DNA of 64,000 nucleotides from Lama glama (lineage: Eukaryota), in contig CM052818.1 of the NCBI GenBank assembly GCA_028534125.1, positions 25,546,001-25,610,000 of the forward strand. The letters are read 5' to 3'. The notes under the pieces are model-generated. The model was given only the letters and a program-made list of their open reading frames with translations, was not told the origin of the DNA and did not search any database. The translations under genes were made by a program, and so were the position numbers. Position 1 is the stretch's first letter. Every line of letters starts with the position of its first letter. Shown here in pieces: positions 41,132-53,830 of the stretch.

Positions 41132-42099
41132 GTAAATTATTTTACTTGAGTAAATTATTATATTGAGGAAGATGAATTGGCAGTGGGAAGGCCCTGTGTG
41201 TCTTTGGAATACTGTATCAATACTGATCCTGTTGAGGCTGTGTAATTAGTTGAAAGTGAGAAATACAAGAATAATTATTCAGCAGCAGTTTCAGAGTGAG
41301 TTTGTTTTGCAATATCTGTGAGCAATAGTACAGATTGCCTTTTCATCTTTATTTTTTCTAGGACAGTGCTAATATGAATTCAGTAGTTACTGTATTGATA
41401 GTCCTCCAAATAAAACCTTGCAGTGAACAAGTAGAAGTATTGTTCTAGGAGCAAATACTGAGTTAATCAGAAAGTCTTATTATTTCTCATAAAAGAGAAA
41501 GATTTTTTAGTCTTTTTGCTATTTTGTTTTGTGATTTCAGATGGAGAAGTTAATTCTTTCCATTTGCCAAAAAGAATAGTCAGTGATGAATAGCTCGATT
41601 TCCATCCTGTCCTATAAATTTCTTATCTGTCTTAGAATTAGGAAAGGTGATTATACAGCAAAGCAAAAAATTAGAAATGGTTTTCATGAATGAGAAGAGA
41701 GAGGATAGCCAGGGCTTCTGTGGTTAAGAACACAGGCCCTGGGTCAGACTGCCTTGGTTAAAATCTCTAGTTGCTCTTTACTGCTTTCTTCCACAGTTAC
41801 TAATCTTAAGTTTTAGTTGGTCATCTGAAAAAATGGAGATTCCAATTGTGTCTGGCTGGATTATTGGGAAGATTTTCCAAGAGATAATACATATAAAACA
41901 TTTAACGTAGTACCTGGAAGGTAATAAATGCTGTTAATTATCAAGATATAAATTAATAGATCACTAAAAGATTTAATCAGTGATTGAATAGTGGCCAGGG
42001 TCCTATGTCCTTTGGCTCCTTGAATTGAATTCTTACTAAATTTTTCTTTGACATAAGTAGAGATTAATATATGATGTATAAAAATGTTACTCTTTCCAG

Positions 42100-42285
42100 A
42101 AGAGGCATTTCTGGGGAGGAGGAAGATGACGAGCCTGACTGCGATGAGGAGCAGTACTGGTCAGCTGGACGAGAAGCTTCCCTTGTTCCCGACCCTGATC
42201 CTTTGGAATGTGCTGGCTCAGGCCTGGTAGAGCCTCATAGTCCAGAATTTACAGTCTCAACATTTGCAGTGCAGAAACTTTCCAG
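42100..42285 (+). CDS. DHX57: DHX57 coding exon 3 (RGISGEEEDDEPD...FAVQKLSR)
   Basis: ttccag acceptor, AG|gtttgc donor, 186 nt. Confidence 0.95.
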
Positions 42286-42580
42286 GTTTGCTTTCATCAT
42301 TTATGGGAAAATTAAAGGAAACTGAAATTGCATTATAAACCCTGCTACCTCTGCTTGAATGTTTTCCTGTTGTGTGGGTTCCAGCAGTACCGGTATGCCC
42401 TACTGTCCTCTCTTTTAGGATAGGGAGAGTAATGAGGAGTTAGTATGATCAGGGATACTCGTTAAAAATGCAGACCCTGCCGAAGTATAGTTACAACTTC
42501 ACATAAACGAATTTAAATGAATTTCTCTTCTGTGGTTTGATATCACTCAATCTTTTTTGGTCATGTTTCACACTTGACAG

Positions 42581-43419
42581 ATATGGTTTCAACATTGAAC
42601 GCTGTCAGGCAGCCCTGAGGATTTGTGATGGAGATGTGGGGGCATCGCTGGAACATCTGTTCACCCAGTGTTTTTCAGAGACATTTGGAGAGAGGATGAA
42701 GATCTCTGAGGCAGTTGCACGTATAAGCTTGGATGAGTGTGTGGAACAGCGACAGGAAGAGGCATTTGCTCTCAAGTCAATCTGCGGAGAAAAATTTATA
42801 GAAAGAATTCAGAACAGAGTCTGGACCATTGGATTAGAACTGGAGTATTTGACGAGTAAATTCTGCAAATCCAAGCGAAAGGAAAGTACCAAAACTATAC
42901 AGGAGACTTCACTTGAAATCTGTAAATTTTACCTCAAAGGAAATTGTAAATTTGGATCAAAATGCAAATTCAAACATGAAGTGCCACCAAATCAAATTGT
43001 CGGGAGAGCGGAAAGAAGTGTAGATGATTCTCACCTTAATGCTAATGAAGATGCACCTTTTTTATATGAACTTGAAATTCGATTTTCTAAAGACCACAAA
43101 TACCCCTACCAAGCTCCTCTTGTGGCATTTTATTCCACCAATGAGAATCTACCTCTGGCTTGTCGTTTACATATTTCTGAGTTCCTTTATGGCAAGGCCT
43201 TGACATTTGCAGAAACTTCAGAACCTGCTGTATATTCTTTGATAACCCTTTTAGAGGAAGAATCAGAAATAGCCAAGTTACTAACAAATACCCATCACAA
43301 GTACAGTCTCCCTCCTGTGAACTTTCTTCCAGTATCCTCTGGGACCAGAGTAAACAATCCTGTCTGTTGTAAACCAGCGATTCCAAGTAATTCTATTGTT
43401 TCAAATCAAATTCCAGAAG
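42581..43419 (+). CDS. DHX57: DHX57 coding exon 4: UBA domain, CCCH zinc finger, RWD domain
   Basis: 839 nt. Encodes YGFNIERCQAALRICDGDVGASLEHL, CKFYLKGNCKFGSKCKFKH and YPYQAP. gacag acceptor, G|gtaggt donor. Confidence 0.97.
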
Positions 43420-44239
43420 GTAGGTAAGGCATTGAGCAGGTGAAGGGTGTTGTGGAGGAGGGCATTTGGAATGATGGATTAAAGAAGGCAGGGGTTCTGA
43501 GGGCTAGTCTGGGATATCCCAGTGATCTGAGGCAAGTCGTTTTCCTCAATCTATGGCAAAAACGAGTAAGAATCTGCTGAACTATGGCCTGACGTTAATT
43601 GTAAGGCCCAGTTGTGTCACTGTGTTAGGCTCCGTGAATTGAAAGTTTATAGTGATGTATAAGTTTATTCTAACAGTTGAGGGCTGGAAGAACCTTAAAG
43701 CATCCTTCCAGAAAATCTATTTCATGGAATCCATTTGGTTTCATATGTTTATTTCTGATACTAAATATGGGATTACTTTCAAATGAGTTTTTAGAGATAC
43801 TTCTCTTTCTATACCAGAATCCATACCCTCCTGCATTTAGTGCGCCAGACCCCCGCAATTCCTTAAGGAAGGGCTCTCTTTATGAATCCCTGAATCTTCA
43901 AATAGAGAAACATGTGTAGAAGCCTCTGCCTTTCTTTAGATCATGGCTTGCTGTGCAGACTCATACACCACAAGTAACCCCCCTTTCAAAGTTCATCAAA
44001 GGGGTCTTATTATTTGTCATTTTTCTTTCAGAGAAACAAGTTTTTATTATTTCCCAAGTTCTCCTAAGTGAGTGTCAACAGGTAGAGAATAATGAAATGC
44101 ACTGAAATGTGGATGTTGGACAGCTGTTTGGGTTCACTCACAGGTCCCTTAACTCCCAAATTACAGCTAGTTCTAGCACATGGGATTCACATATGTTTCT
44201 CAAGAAATGACAAACTCTGTGTCATGGACTTTTAAAAAG

Positions 44240-44670
44240 AATAACAGCTTTATCAAGATATAAAATTCACCCTTTTAAAGTGTACACTTCAGTGGTTTTT
44301 AGTATATTCACAGAGTTGTGCAACCATGACCGATGTCTAATTCCAGAACATTTTCATCACCCCAAAAAGAAACCCTGTAACTGTTAGCAAGTCCTCATTT
44401 CTCCCTTCCCTGAACCCCTAAAAACCATGAGTCTACATTCTGTCTCTGTGGAGTTGCCTGTTCTGGACATTTCATAGATATGGAATCAGACAATAAATAT
44501 GTGGCTTTTTGTGATTGGCTTCTTTCACTTAGCAGAATGTTTCAAGTTTCATCCATGTTGTAGCATGTGTCAGTACTTTATTCCTTTTTATTACTGAATA
44601 ATGTTCCATTGTATGGACATGCCACATTTTATTTATTAACTCATCATTTTGTAGACATTTGGGTTATTTT
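44240..44670 (-). mobile_element. L1MB-type 3' end
   Basis: aacagctttatcaagatata...ttccagaacattttcatcacccc...catccatgttgtagcatg. Confidence 0.85.
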
Positions 44671-45018
44671 GTGTCATTGAATTTTGGGCAACACTTTCAA
44701 ATATTTGAAGCTTTCTGTTAATTACTGAATGTAAAGAGTCTACTGGATTAACAAGGCATGCTGAGATTTTCTCTTCTTTGTTTTTAATTTGGTTTAACCA
44801 TAGCCACTTACACTTGATTAAAGTTTGTTTGAAGATGCATTTTAAGTTCGTTAGCAGTAGAAGCAGTAGTACTAAAATGAGTGAACTTGCTTTATTCAAG
44901 CTTTAACATTTTCTCCATTTTATGATTTTTTTGTTGTTGTTACTTCGTTAGATAGTCACTTCCCCTGTTTCTAAAGAAAGGGCACCATATCGAAATGTTT
45001 CCTTTTATCCCCTTCAAG

Positions 45019-45197
45019 TTAAAAAAGAATCAGAACCTGAGGAGGAGACAGATGAGGATGAAGGTCCTGCACCAGTTGTAGTGGAGAATGAAAGCTATGT
45101 CAACCTTAAGAAAAAGATTTCCAAAAGATATGACTGGCAGGCAAAGTCAGTACATGCCGAAAATGCTAAAATCTGCAAGCAGTTCCGAATAAAACAG
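45019..45197 (+). CDS. DHX57: DHX57 coding exon 5 (VKKESEPEEETDEDEGPAPVVVENESY...KQFRIKQ)
   Basis: cttcaag acceptor, CAG|gtaggg donor, 179 nt, phase consistent. Confidence 0.93.
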
Positions 45198-46156
45198 GTA
45201 GGGTATTCGGAGAGAATGGCTAGCATGTGTGGATGAAGGGATTAGGATTTAGGAAGTTTTGGCTACCCTCCCTAGTATACTTTCTTTTTGGCTCTCTTTT
45301 ACTCTATTGGTCAGAGTTTCTGCATGCCACAGCAAACTTGGATGCATGTTCTAGATAGTTTTGGAAAATCCACTGGCTGATGAAAATGAAACACATATAT
45401 ACCAGATATTCTCGGAGTCATGTGGCTTTGGTATTATGATAGAAATCTGATAAATGAAAGGAAAAGTAATACTGTGATTTATGTTAGAAATATCAGTGTA
45501 GGAAAGGAGAAGGGTAAGGAGGGACTCGGACCCCATTTCAGAGGCTCACAGGAATAAATAATTGGCCCAAGGTCACAGAGCTGGTAAGTGACAACACAGG
45601 GGTTCAAGCTGATTCTCTTGTTTCCAAAGTCCAAGTTATTTTGACCCCATTCACATGAAGGTTATTTTGAAAGAACTCACAAGTGAACTGTTAGGGCAGA
45701 GTTGGATGTAGGATGTATGCTTAACCAGTTTGGGGACTGAATTAGATGCTGTCTAAGGGCCCTTCCAGTTATAAGCTCTGTACTTCTGGTTTTTGACACA
45801 GTATGACAGTATTACATATATGGTACAACACCCGTAGAATGTCACATTGAGTAGAAAATCGTACCATAAATAATAAACAATAGAAACGAAAAATTACATA
45901 TTCAGTTTGAACAATGTGTTTAGAAGTGATAAATTTATATGATAAAATTATTTGCAGAAAATGTATATGTTAATTAAGTGTTAGTATAAATTTCTTATGT
46001 TATTCAAAACTACATCCACAGTTTTAACCTACAGTATAGTGTTTATAGCATTGGCCATTAGATGTCAGACTGAGTTACATAGATGTGTTGGTTGGCCAAA
46101 AAGAATCCTTTAACGAATGCTTTGATTATTACTTCAGTAAAAATCTGATACTATGC

Positions 46157-46370
46157 AGAACTATGCTGTCCTGTATGGTAGCTTCTATCCACATGTAGCT
46201 ATTGAAAGTTTAATTAATTAAAATTAAATAAAACAAAAAATTCAGTTTCTTAGTAGCACTGGCCATATTTCAAGTGCTCAGTAGTTGCATGTAGCCAGAG
46301 GTTGCTATATTGGACAACACAAATACAGAGCATTTCCGTCAGCACAAAGAGTCCTGTTGAACAGTGCCAG
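46157..46370. mobile_element. MER3/MER33-like hAT-Charlie element
   Basis: gctgtcc...ccacatgtagctattga...atttcaagtgctcagtag...tattggaca. Confidence 0.75.
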
Positions 46371-46677
46371 TAGAGACTCTTGCCAGAGGAGCTGGATGGG
46401 TGCTAAGCAAGAGGGATTATTTCTCTTATAAGATCCTCCCATTTATTCAGATGTAGGAAAACCAGACAGATTCCACAGCTTATTCTGGTTGATTCTCTGA
46501 ACAACCTTCTGACTAAAATCATTAGCATCCGGCCTCAACAAATCTGCAATTTCTGTCTCTAAACAAATTGCTAAAGAAAACAGAAAGAGTAGGTCTAACT
46601 ATGGGATTCCACATTCAGAGCTTTGTGAAAGGTGATTCCAAGTAACCCGACTGATGTCTTGTCTTTTATTTTACTAG

Positions 46678-46799
46678 GCGTCCAGACAGTTCCAGTCAAT
46701 TCTGCAAGAAAGACAGTCGCTCCCTGCTTGGGAAGAAAGAGAAAACATTCTTGAATTGCTAAGCAAGCACCAAGTGCTTGTTGTAAGTGGTATGACTGG
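46678..46799 (+). CDS. DHX57: DHX57 coding exon 6 (ASRQFQSILQERQSLPAW...VVSGMTG)
   Basis: tactag acceptor, GG|gtaaga donor. Encodes the start of Walker A. Confidence 0.95.
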
Positions 46800-47363
46800 G
46801 TAAGAATGAAGTTTGTTTGTAATGCAGCTTTTATCCATAAATACAGTATATGCCCTGGTTACCATAGACAGTTTTACTTTTAAAAAACCAGTAGCTGGTA
46901 TTATTTGTGCTTTCTTCCTGTCAAATATTAAATGATATTTCACAGAGGCTAATAATGTGGCAACTGTAGCCAACAGAGCCAAGTTACAAAAAACAAACAA
47001 TTCAGGAATTTAGGAATTTATAGACATATTTCACCTCTGCCTTGAGACAATTTTAAGGCAAAAAGTCTAGTTGGAGGCTTTTAACAAGGCCCATTTTAAA
47101 ATTTCTTCAAATAGTTCCAGAACATTTAGCTTGAAACTTTTCATCTTCTAAATTTATTCTGAAATCCTTAAAGCTTTTGTTTAAGAACAACTTAGAGCAC
47201 ATTATTTTTCCTGTTTCACACCCTCTGTATGTTATCCAGACCTATTCAGCAGGGACAACTTGCAGGCTTAATTTAGTTTTGTATTCAGAGGTCTTCAATT
47301 TAATCGTTACATTTGTGCCTAGACTCACTGATATAGTGGTAACTTTCTGTCTCCCAGTTTCTT

Positions 47364-47538
47364 TTTATTTATTTATTTATTTACTTACTTACTTACTTAC
47401 GTATGTATGTATTTATTTATTTATTTATTTATTGGAGGTATTTAAGTTTATTTATTTTTAATGGAGATACTGGGGATTGAACCCAGGACCTTGTGCATGC
47501 TAGGCATGCACTCTACCACTGAGCTATACCCTCCCTCT
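47364..47538 (-). mobile_element. tRNA-derived camelid-type SINE (Vic-1-like) with (TTTA/TTAC)n tail
   Basis: TSD tcccagtttctt at 47352-47363 and 47539-47550. Confidence 0.9.
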
Positions 47539-47955
47539 TCCCAGTTTCTTATCTTTTTAACCTCGGTCTAATTATAGCCAAAGCAATAGCCCATCAAAGG
47601 GAAAAATATAAAGTATTTTAATAGTCATAAGATAATACTCCTATTTCTTTAGATATAATTTATATGTAGAGTTCACATTCCTAGAGGCATTTATAGACCT
47701 TAACCTAATATTTATTCAGTAGTTCCAGTTTCATAAATGATAGGAAACTGTTATTTGATTGCCCTGTTAATCTGAGTGCAAATTCCTAGGAGTTATCAAC
47801 TGTACATAATAACTCCGTGGATAGGTTTAGAAGACATAGGAAGCAGAGCAGCTCTTATTCTAATTCGCTTTCTTACTTTCCTCACTGCACACAACTGCTT
47901 CTCTAGTTAGCTAGCACTTGAAAACTCTTATTTTCGGACTTGTTTTGACATGCAG

Positions 47956-48151
47956 ATGTGGGAAAACCACACAGATTCCACAGTTTATTCTGGATGATTC
48001 TTTGAATGGACCCCCTGAGAAGGTGGCCAACATCATCTGTACCCAACCCCGACGAATCTCTGCAGTCTCTGTCGCTGAGCGTGTTGCTAAGGAAAGGGCA
48101 GAAAGAGTGGGTCTGACTGTGGGGTACCAGATCCGGCTAGAAAGCGTTAAG
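47956..48151 (+). CDS. DHX57: DHX57 coding exon 7 (CGKTTQIPQ...TQPRRISA...[10 protein letters not shown])
   Basis: Motif I GKT and motif Ia TQPRR; tgcag / gtttgt boundaries. Confidence 0.97.
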
Positions 48152-48703
48152 GTTTGTATGCTCTACTTATTTCCTGATGACAGAAATTTACAATTTTCAA
48201 GTGTAAAGAGCTCTTGGGATCAGGAGATTCACAGGCAAGTTGGGATATACACTTCAATAGGGCCCAAGTCCTTTTAGGAATATTTTGGTTTAAACTCTTA
48301 TTTGGGTGTACTTCATTTCCTCTATGGAGACCTTCTGTTCCTTATTGACAAAAGTGATCTAGTAAATGCTGCTTTATTCTTAAACCTGGGACTTAATCCT
48401 TTTAACCAAATAAGGAATAGACAGATTCAGAATTGATTTCATCGCTCACTGTTGTTTTTCTGTTTTTTAATAGTTTTTGAATGCTTTTTAAGAGTCTTAA
48501 ACTTAACATTTTGATGTGAAGTAGAAAAGCTTTTGTTGTTGTTGCCAGCAAGAAACTATGCATTTAATTTCTTGGTTTATATTAAATGGACCTGCTGGTG
48601 TTTTCAGTATTCTTTATCCCTATCAATTAAATATGGCTTTGCCAGGAAAGTGTTCCCTTTTTTCACCAATTTCACAAAAGCTCTCCATGCCCTTTTATGT
48701 AAG

Positions 48704-48828
48704 TCCTCAGCCACCAGACTGTTATACTGCACCACAGGAGTGCTGCTTAGGAGGCTCGAGGGGGACACGGCTCTACAAGGAGTCACCCATATCATTGTTG
48801 ATGAAGTTCACGAGAGGACAGAAGAAAG
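48704..48828 (+). CDS. DHX57: DHX57 coding exon 8 ([16 protein letters not shown]...[12 protein letters not shown])
   Basis: Motif II DEVH; taag acceptor, AG|gtaaga donor. Confidence 0.95.
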
Positions 48829-49962
48829 GTAAGACAAAGATTTTCCAAATGAACACCCACACACATAACATGAAGACATGGCTGAAAGGATTTTATTCTG
48901 CTTTCAAGTCCGTTCCTTAGAGCTTGAAATGGTAATTGCCATAGAGAAGACTTAAGTTAGAGAGGAGGAATTGCTTAGAGAGGAGGTTTCCAGGGTCTGT
49001 GACATGAAAAATGCGAGGAGAGCACGTGTTCATCACTGGAAGAGTCATCCTATTAGATGGACATCATCTAATAAGAGATACTTACCCTCCCAGGCACCAT
49101 GCTGCTGAGTGGGGCAGTGTGCTTAGCAGGAATAACAGATGTAATGCGTGCTGTAGCTGATGCATTGGTCAATATGTGCTTCCTCCTTTGTTCATGTGGT
49201 CAGTCATTCAGTCCTGACATTCATTCATACATTTATTGAACCTGTATTAAGCGCCAGTGTGGCTGGAGCCAAGTGAATAAGGGGGAGAGCAGTAGGAAAT
49301 GAGTAGCGAGGGTACAGATCATGTCACATAGGGCCTTGTCAGCGAGGACTTCGATAAATCATCGAAGGATTTTAAGCAGAAGAGTGGCACCATCATGTTT
49401 ACATTTGAGCAGCGTTAATAGTCTGCCATATTGAGAGCAGATTTCAGGGGGCCAGGGAGCGACAGGCAGACCAGGTAGGATATTGCTGTTTTATAGTGCA
49501 TACTGTTCACTAACAATGTCTTGGAGATGTTTTCATGTCTGATCTGGAGTTCTACTTTATTCCTTTTATCTGCCTCAGGTTATTCCTTAGAATGGATGAT
49601 ATTGTTATCATTAACCATTTCTTGGTTGATAGATATTTAGGTAGTTTCCATTGATTTGCTATTACAAACAATGCTGTAATGAAAATCATTGCATATGCCT
49701 CTTTATGTACATGTAGATTCAAATGCAGTGATAAACCCTGTTGGTATTTTGATTGGTACTACACTGAATTTAGTTTATTTGGCGGGAAATTGATCTCTTT
49801 ATAACATTAAGTCTTCACTTCTAGGAACATGACACATCTTTCTATGAGTGTTACAAATTTTTTTCATGTAGGTGTTACACTTACTCAAAATATGTCAAAA
49901 GTTATTAATTTTTATGTATTGAATTTGTTTGATCCTCAGGTGTTTCTTTTATTTTCCTCTAG

Positions 49963-50096
49963 TGACTTCTTGCTGCTAGTTTTGAAAGATATTGTGTTGC
50001 AGAGACCAACTCTTCAAGTTATTCTGATGAGTGCAACTTTAAACGCTGAGCTCTTTTCAGAATATTTTAATTCCTGCCCAGTTATCACTATACCAG
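49963..50096 (+). CDS. DHX57: DHX57 coding exon 9 (DFLLLVLKD...LMSATLN...VITIPG)
   Basis: Motif III SAT; ctctag / gtgatt boundaries. Confidence 0.96.
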
Positions 50097-51011
50097 GTGA
50101 TTAAAATGCATCATTAAATATGTATTGTCCTAATAAGCAGATATAATTATTTTTAAGTTCATTTGAAATATAAATTAATAGGTATTTATACCTCTTTCTA
50201 GAGAAGAACTGATTAGTTGATAACAAATAAAACCACAACCATATAATAAAATTAAAGAGATAATGTTATATTCATTTGCTGGGAGATTTTAATTTATATA
50301 TGCATTTTTAAAAGTATAGGTTATTAGAATTTCTAGCATTCCATTATGTTTAACATCAAAATGTTAGCTTATAATGGTAATCTGTCATAAAGAGAGAAGT
50401 TGTATCTGTGTATAACATATTTTTTTATTTCTGAATTCTGCTAAATTTCTGGATATTGGTTCATTCTGGGAGAAAGTGAAGTTGGACAGCCTGTGTCTTC
50501 TTTTGGTGCTTTCATAGTCTAATTGTGGAATTAGTTTATCACCTTGGGCTTTGGTTTATCCTTTTGCAATTGATTTCTAAAGGAACAATTTGGAAACACT
50601 GACTGATGAATAGTAGTATTCTTTGTCCTAGTTATAGAGGATATTGACAATAGATTTAAAGACAAAATTATATGCTTGATCTAGAATACAATTGTTGACA
50701 CTTTAAAGGTCTCCTATGGGAGAGGAGGAGGGCAGGAAAAGTTGTAACAGATTTTTTTTTTTAAGAGGTCTTATTAATAAGCAAATGATTGTCTCTCCCA
50801 TCTGTACACTTCTGTGTTATTTACTAACTGGAATCTACTCCTTCCAATTTCTATCATCAAAAGCTTTTTTTGGATATATTAAAGGCCACAGAATAAATTG
50901 TACCTTATTGTACCAAGCCTTGTTTTGAGAGAATTTTACATATACAGACAATTTTAAGAGAGTTAAACACGTATTCTGAGAGTTTTCTGTTTTATTTTCT
51001 TGTTCTTCTAG

Positions 51012-51066
51012 GTCGTACATTTCCTGTTGATCAATATTTTCTGGAAGATGCAATTGCTATGACAAG
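51012..51066 (+). CDS. DHX57: DHX57 coding exon 10 (GRTFPVDQYFLEDAIAMTR)
   Basis: 55 nt with the conserved GRTFPV motif; ttctag / gtaagg boundaries. Confidence 0.94.
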
Positions 51067-52572
51067 GTAAGGAAGACATAAATTAAGGTTTGGTGCAAGC
51101 CTTTGAAAACAGAATTATTCTTTTACTTCAGTGTGCCCAGATACTAATAAATGTGTTAGTGTTTCTTCTGATTTTTCTATTTGAGGGTTTTGCTTTCCCC
51201 TCTCAGTGAATATTTATTATACAAATTATTTGAATTCACAAGCAACATTATATATTAAAAGTACTGTCTCTGGAACCCCTAAGGTGAACTATGGACTTTT
51301 GGTTATAATGACATATGGACGTCAGTTCATCAATTGCAACAAATGTACCACTCTGGTTGGGGGTGTAGATAATGGGGGAGGCTGTGCACGGGTGGAGGCA
51401 ATGGGAACTGTCTGTACCTTCTGCTCAGTATTGCTGTGAACCTAAAACTGCTCTATTTTAAAACGAGGGACCAAACATGGAGAATTTAGATGGAAAAAAG
51501 GAAGAGTACTGATTCTGCAGACAGGCTGCTAGTATTTAAATCCCTCTACTTACCCACTGTTGCACTGGCTAGTAGCTTAATCTGTCTGTAACTTAGTTTC
51601 TCCATGTGTAAAATGAGCATATTAATGGTAGCCTCTTCACAGAGTTGTTATGAGGATTAGTTAATTAATTAATACTTGGACTTGATAGTTGCAAAGTGCT
51701 TAGAAATGTACCTGGCCCATAGCACATGCTTTATAAATGTTAGCTGTTATTATCATTATTGTCCTACCTTCAAGGAGTTTGCAGTGTATATGAGTGTTAA
51801 GATGTCTGTATAAGTTAAGTACTGGGTAGAAACTGATAATATCTGTTGGAGACCAACAGATTTCTCCCCATTGCAAGCCCTGCTTCCTCTTCCTGCTCTT
51901 TGACCTTGAAGATTCCCCAGGATTTTATCCTTGCACTGTTTCTTCTCAATGTTAAACTCTTCCCTGGCTCTCTCTGACTCATGTGATTTCAGCTGTCACC
52001 CTTGTGCCACGAACTCCCAGATCCGTATCTTCATTCCTGACCTCTGAGTGCCAGAATGAAAACAGCTTTGATGTCTGACACCTTAAGCTCAACCCAGAAT
52101 TTTTCTCCTCCCTGCTCCTTCCATTCCTATAAGCCCCCTCCTAATTCTGTATTTACTCAATGATACAATATTCTCAAACTAAAAGCCCCAAAACAGTGGC
52201 TGTCAAACTTTAGTGTGCGAGAAGCCTACTTAGGGAGCTTATTAAGATTGTTGCTTTGTGGTTCCTGCCCCACTTCCACTGAATGTGAATCTCTGGGGAA
52301 ATCATGTTTCAGCTAGTTTCCCTGTCTTTTTTTTCACTTTTCAAACTCATTGCCTCCAGAATTATCTTAAAACAGCAAAAACACATCCCGTTGTGTTCCC
52401 TACCAGCAAGAGGGCACAGCCAACAGAGTCCTGGACTGGTAGAAGAATAGCATGTGAATTCGGAAGAAACAGAATAACATTCTGCCGAATGAGCTCATAA
52501 AATAGGTGCATATGTTCATTCCTCACCCACAGACCCACGTTCATGCACACATTCCTTGTCTTCCTTCCTCAG

Positions 52573-52778
52573 GTACGTGTTACAGGATGGGAGCCCATAT
52601 ACGCGCTCTATGAAGCAGATGTCCAAGGAGAAGCTCAAGGCGCGGCGCAGCAGAACTGCATTTGAGGAAGTGGAGGAAGACCTGCGGCTCTCCCTTCACC
52701 TCCAGGACCAGGACTCTGTCAAAGACGCAGTGCCCGATCAACAGTTAGATTTTAAGCAGCTCCTGGCCCGCTATAAAG
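52573..52778 (+). CDS. DHX57: DHX57 coding exon 11 (YVLQDGSPY...KQLLARYK)
   Basis: cctcag acceptor, G|gtaatg donor, 206 nt. Confidence 0.95.
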
Positions 52779-53019
52779 GTAATGTGCCAGAGATAACTAG
52801 TTTCCCCCCCACTGTGATCCAGAAGAAAAGTGGCTCGTGTTTCATGGTTACCTTGTCTGTAATTATTCAGAACAACCTTAAACTTTGAAAAAAATAACAG
52901 TTCCAACACATATTAGATTAAAATTGTTACTACATTTACCAGTGGGGTTTTTCCTAATTATTAAAGAAATGTGTTAATAATAGAAAAATTGGGAGGTAGT
53001 AAAATATGAGTTATATTCT

Positions 53020-53830
53020 TGAGTATTTTGTAACTTTGTATTTTGATATGATTTCAAATTCAAAACTAAAGTTTGCAAGACTACAATGAACTCTCCTATA
53101 TCCTTTACCTTGATTCAACAGTTGTTAATATTTTGCTTCATTTGCTTTATTATTTGCTCTGTGTGTATGTATATATTTTTCCCGCATCTTTTGAGGGTAA
53201 ATTGCAGATATGATGTTCCTTAACTCCTAATATTTTGGTATGTATTTCCTTAGAACAAGGGCGTCCTCTTATGTAAACAACAGGACATGATCAAAATGAA
53301 GACATTTAGCACTGATACAATACTACTGTTTAAGTCCATATTCTAATTTTGTCAGTTATCTCAATAATGTCATTTTTTGCTATTTTCTAAGTGGTCTAGG
53401 ATCCAACCCAGGACTACATATTACATTCAGTCATCATATGTCTTTAGTTTCTTTTGATCTGGAAAAATTTGCCAGCCTTTACTTTTCTTTTGTGATTCAC
53501 ATTTTTAAAGAGTTTGGGCCAATTATTTTGTAGAATGTCCCTCCATTTGGGTTTGTCTAATATTTCCCCATAATTAATCTTAGGTTATATATTTTTGATC
53601 AGAAAACAACAGAAACAGTGTTGAATCTCAGTACATCGTATCAGGAGCCACATGATGTGGTCTGTCCCATTTTTGGCAGTGTTGACTTTGATCACCTGGT
53701 TAAGATGATGACTGTGTTTCCCTGTGTATTACTTATTCCCTTTGTAGTTAATAAATCAGTTGTGGAGAGAGATTTGGGACTATTTAAATATCCTATAATA
53801 TCCTCAAAATTTCACCCACTAGTTATAACA
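53020..53830 (-). mobile_element. L1MC-type fragment
   Basis: ttgcagatatgatg...tgtatttcct...ttttgtagaatgtccctc...tttgatcacctggttaag. Confidence 0.7.

Noticed and set aside
46052..46070. CTCF-like motif TGGCCATTAGATGTCAGAC
   Set aside because: Mismatches at core positions; cannot be supported without ChIP
49051..49073. Perfect 9-bp inverted repeat (another at 51841-51861)
   Set aside because: Short isolated intronic hairpins with no supporting context
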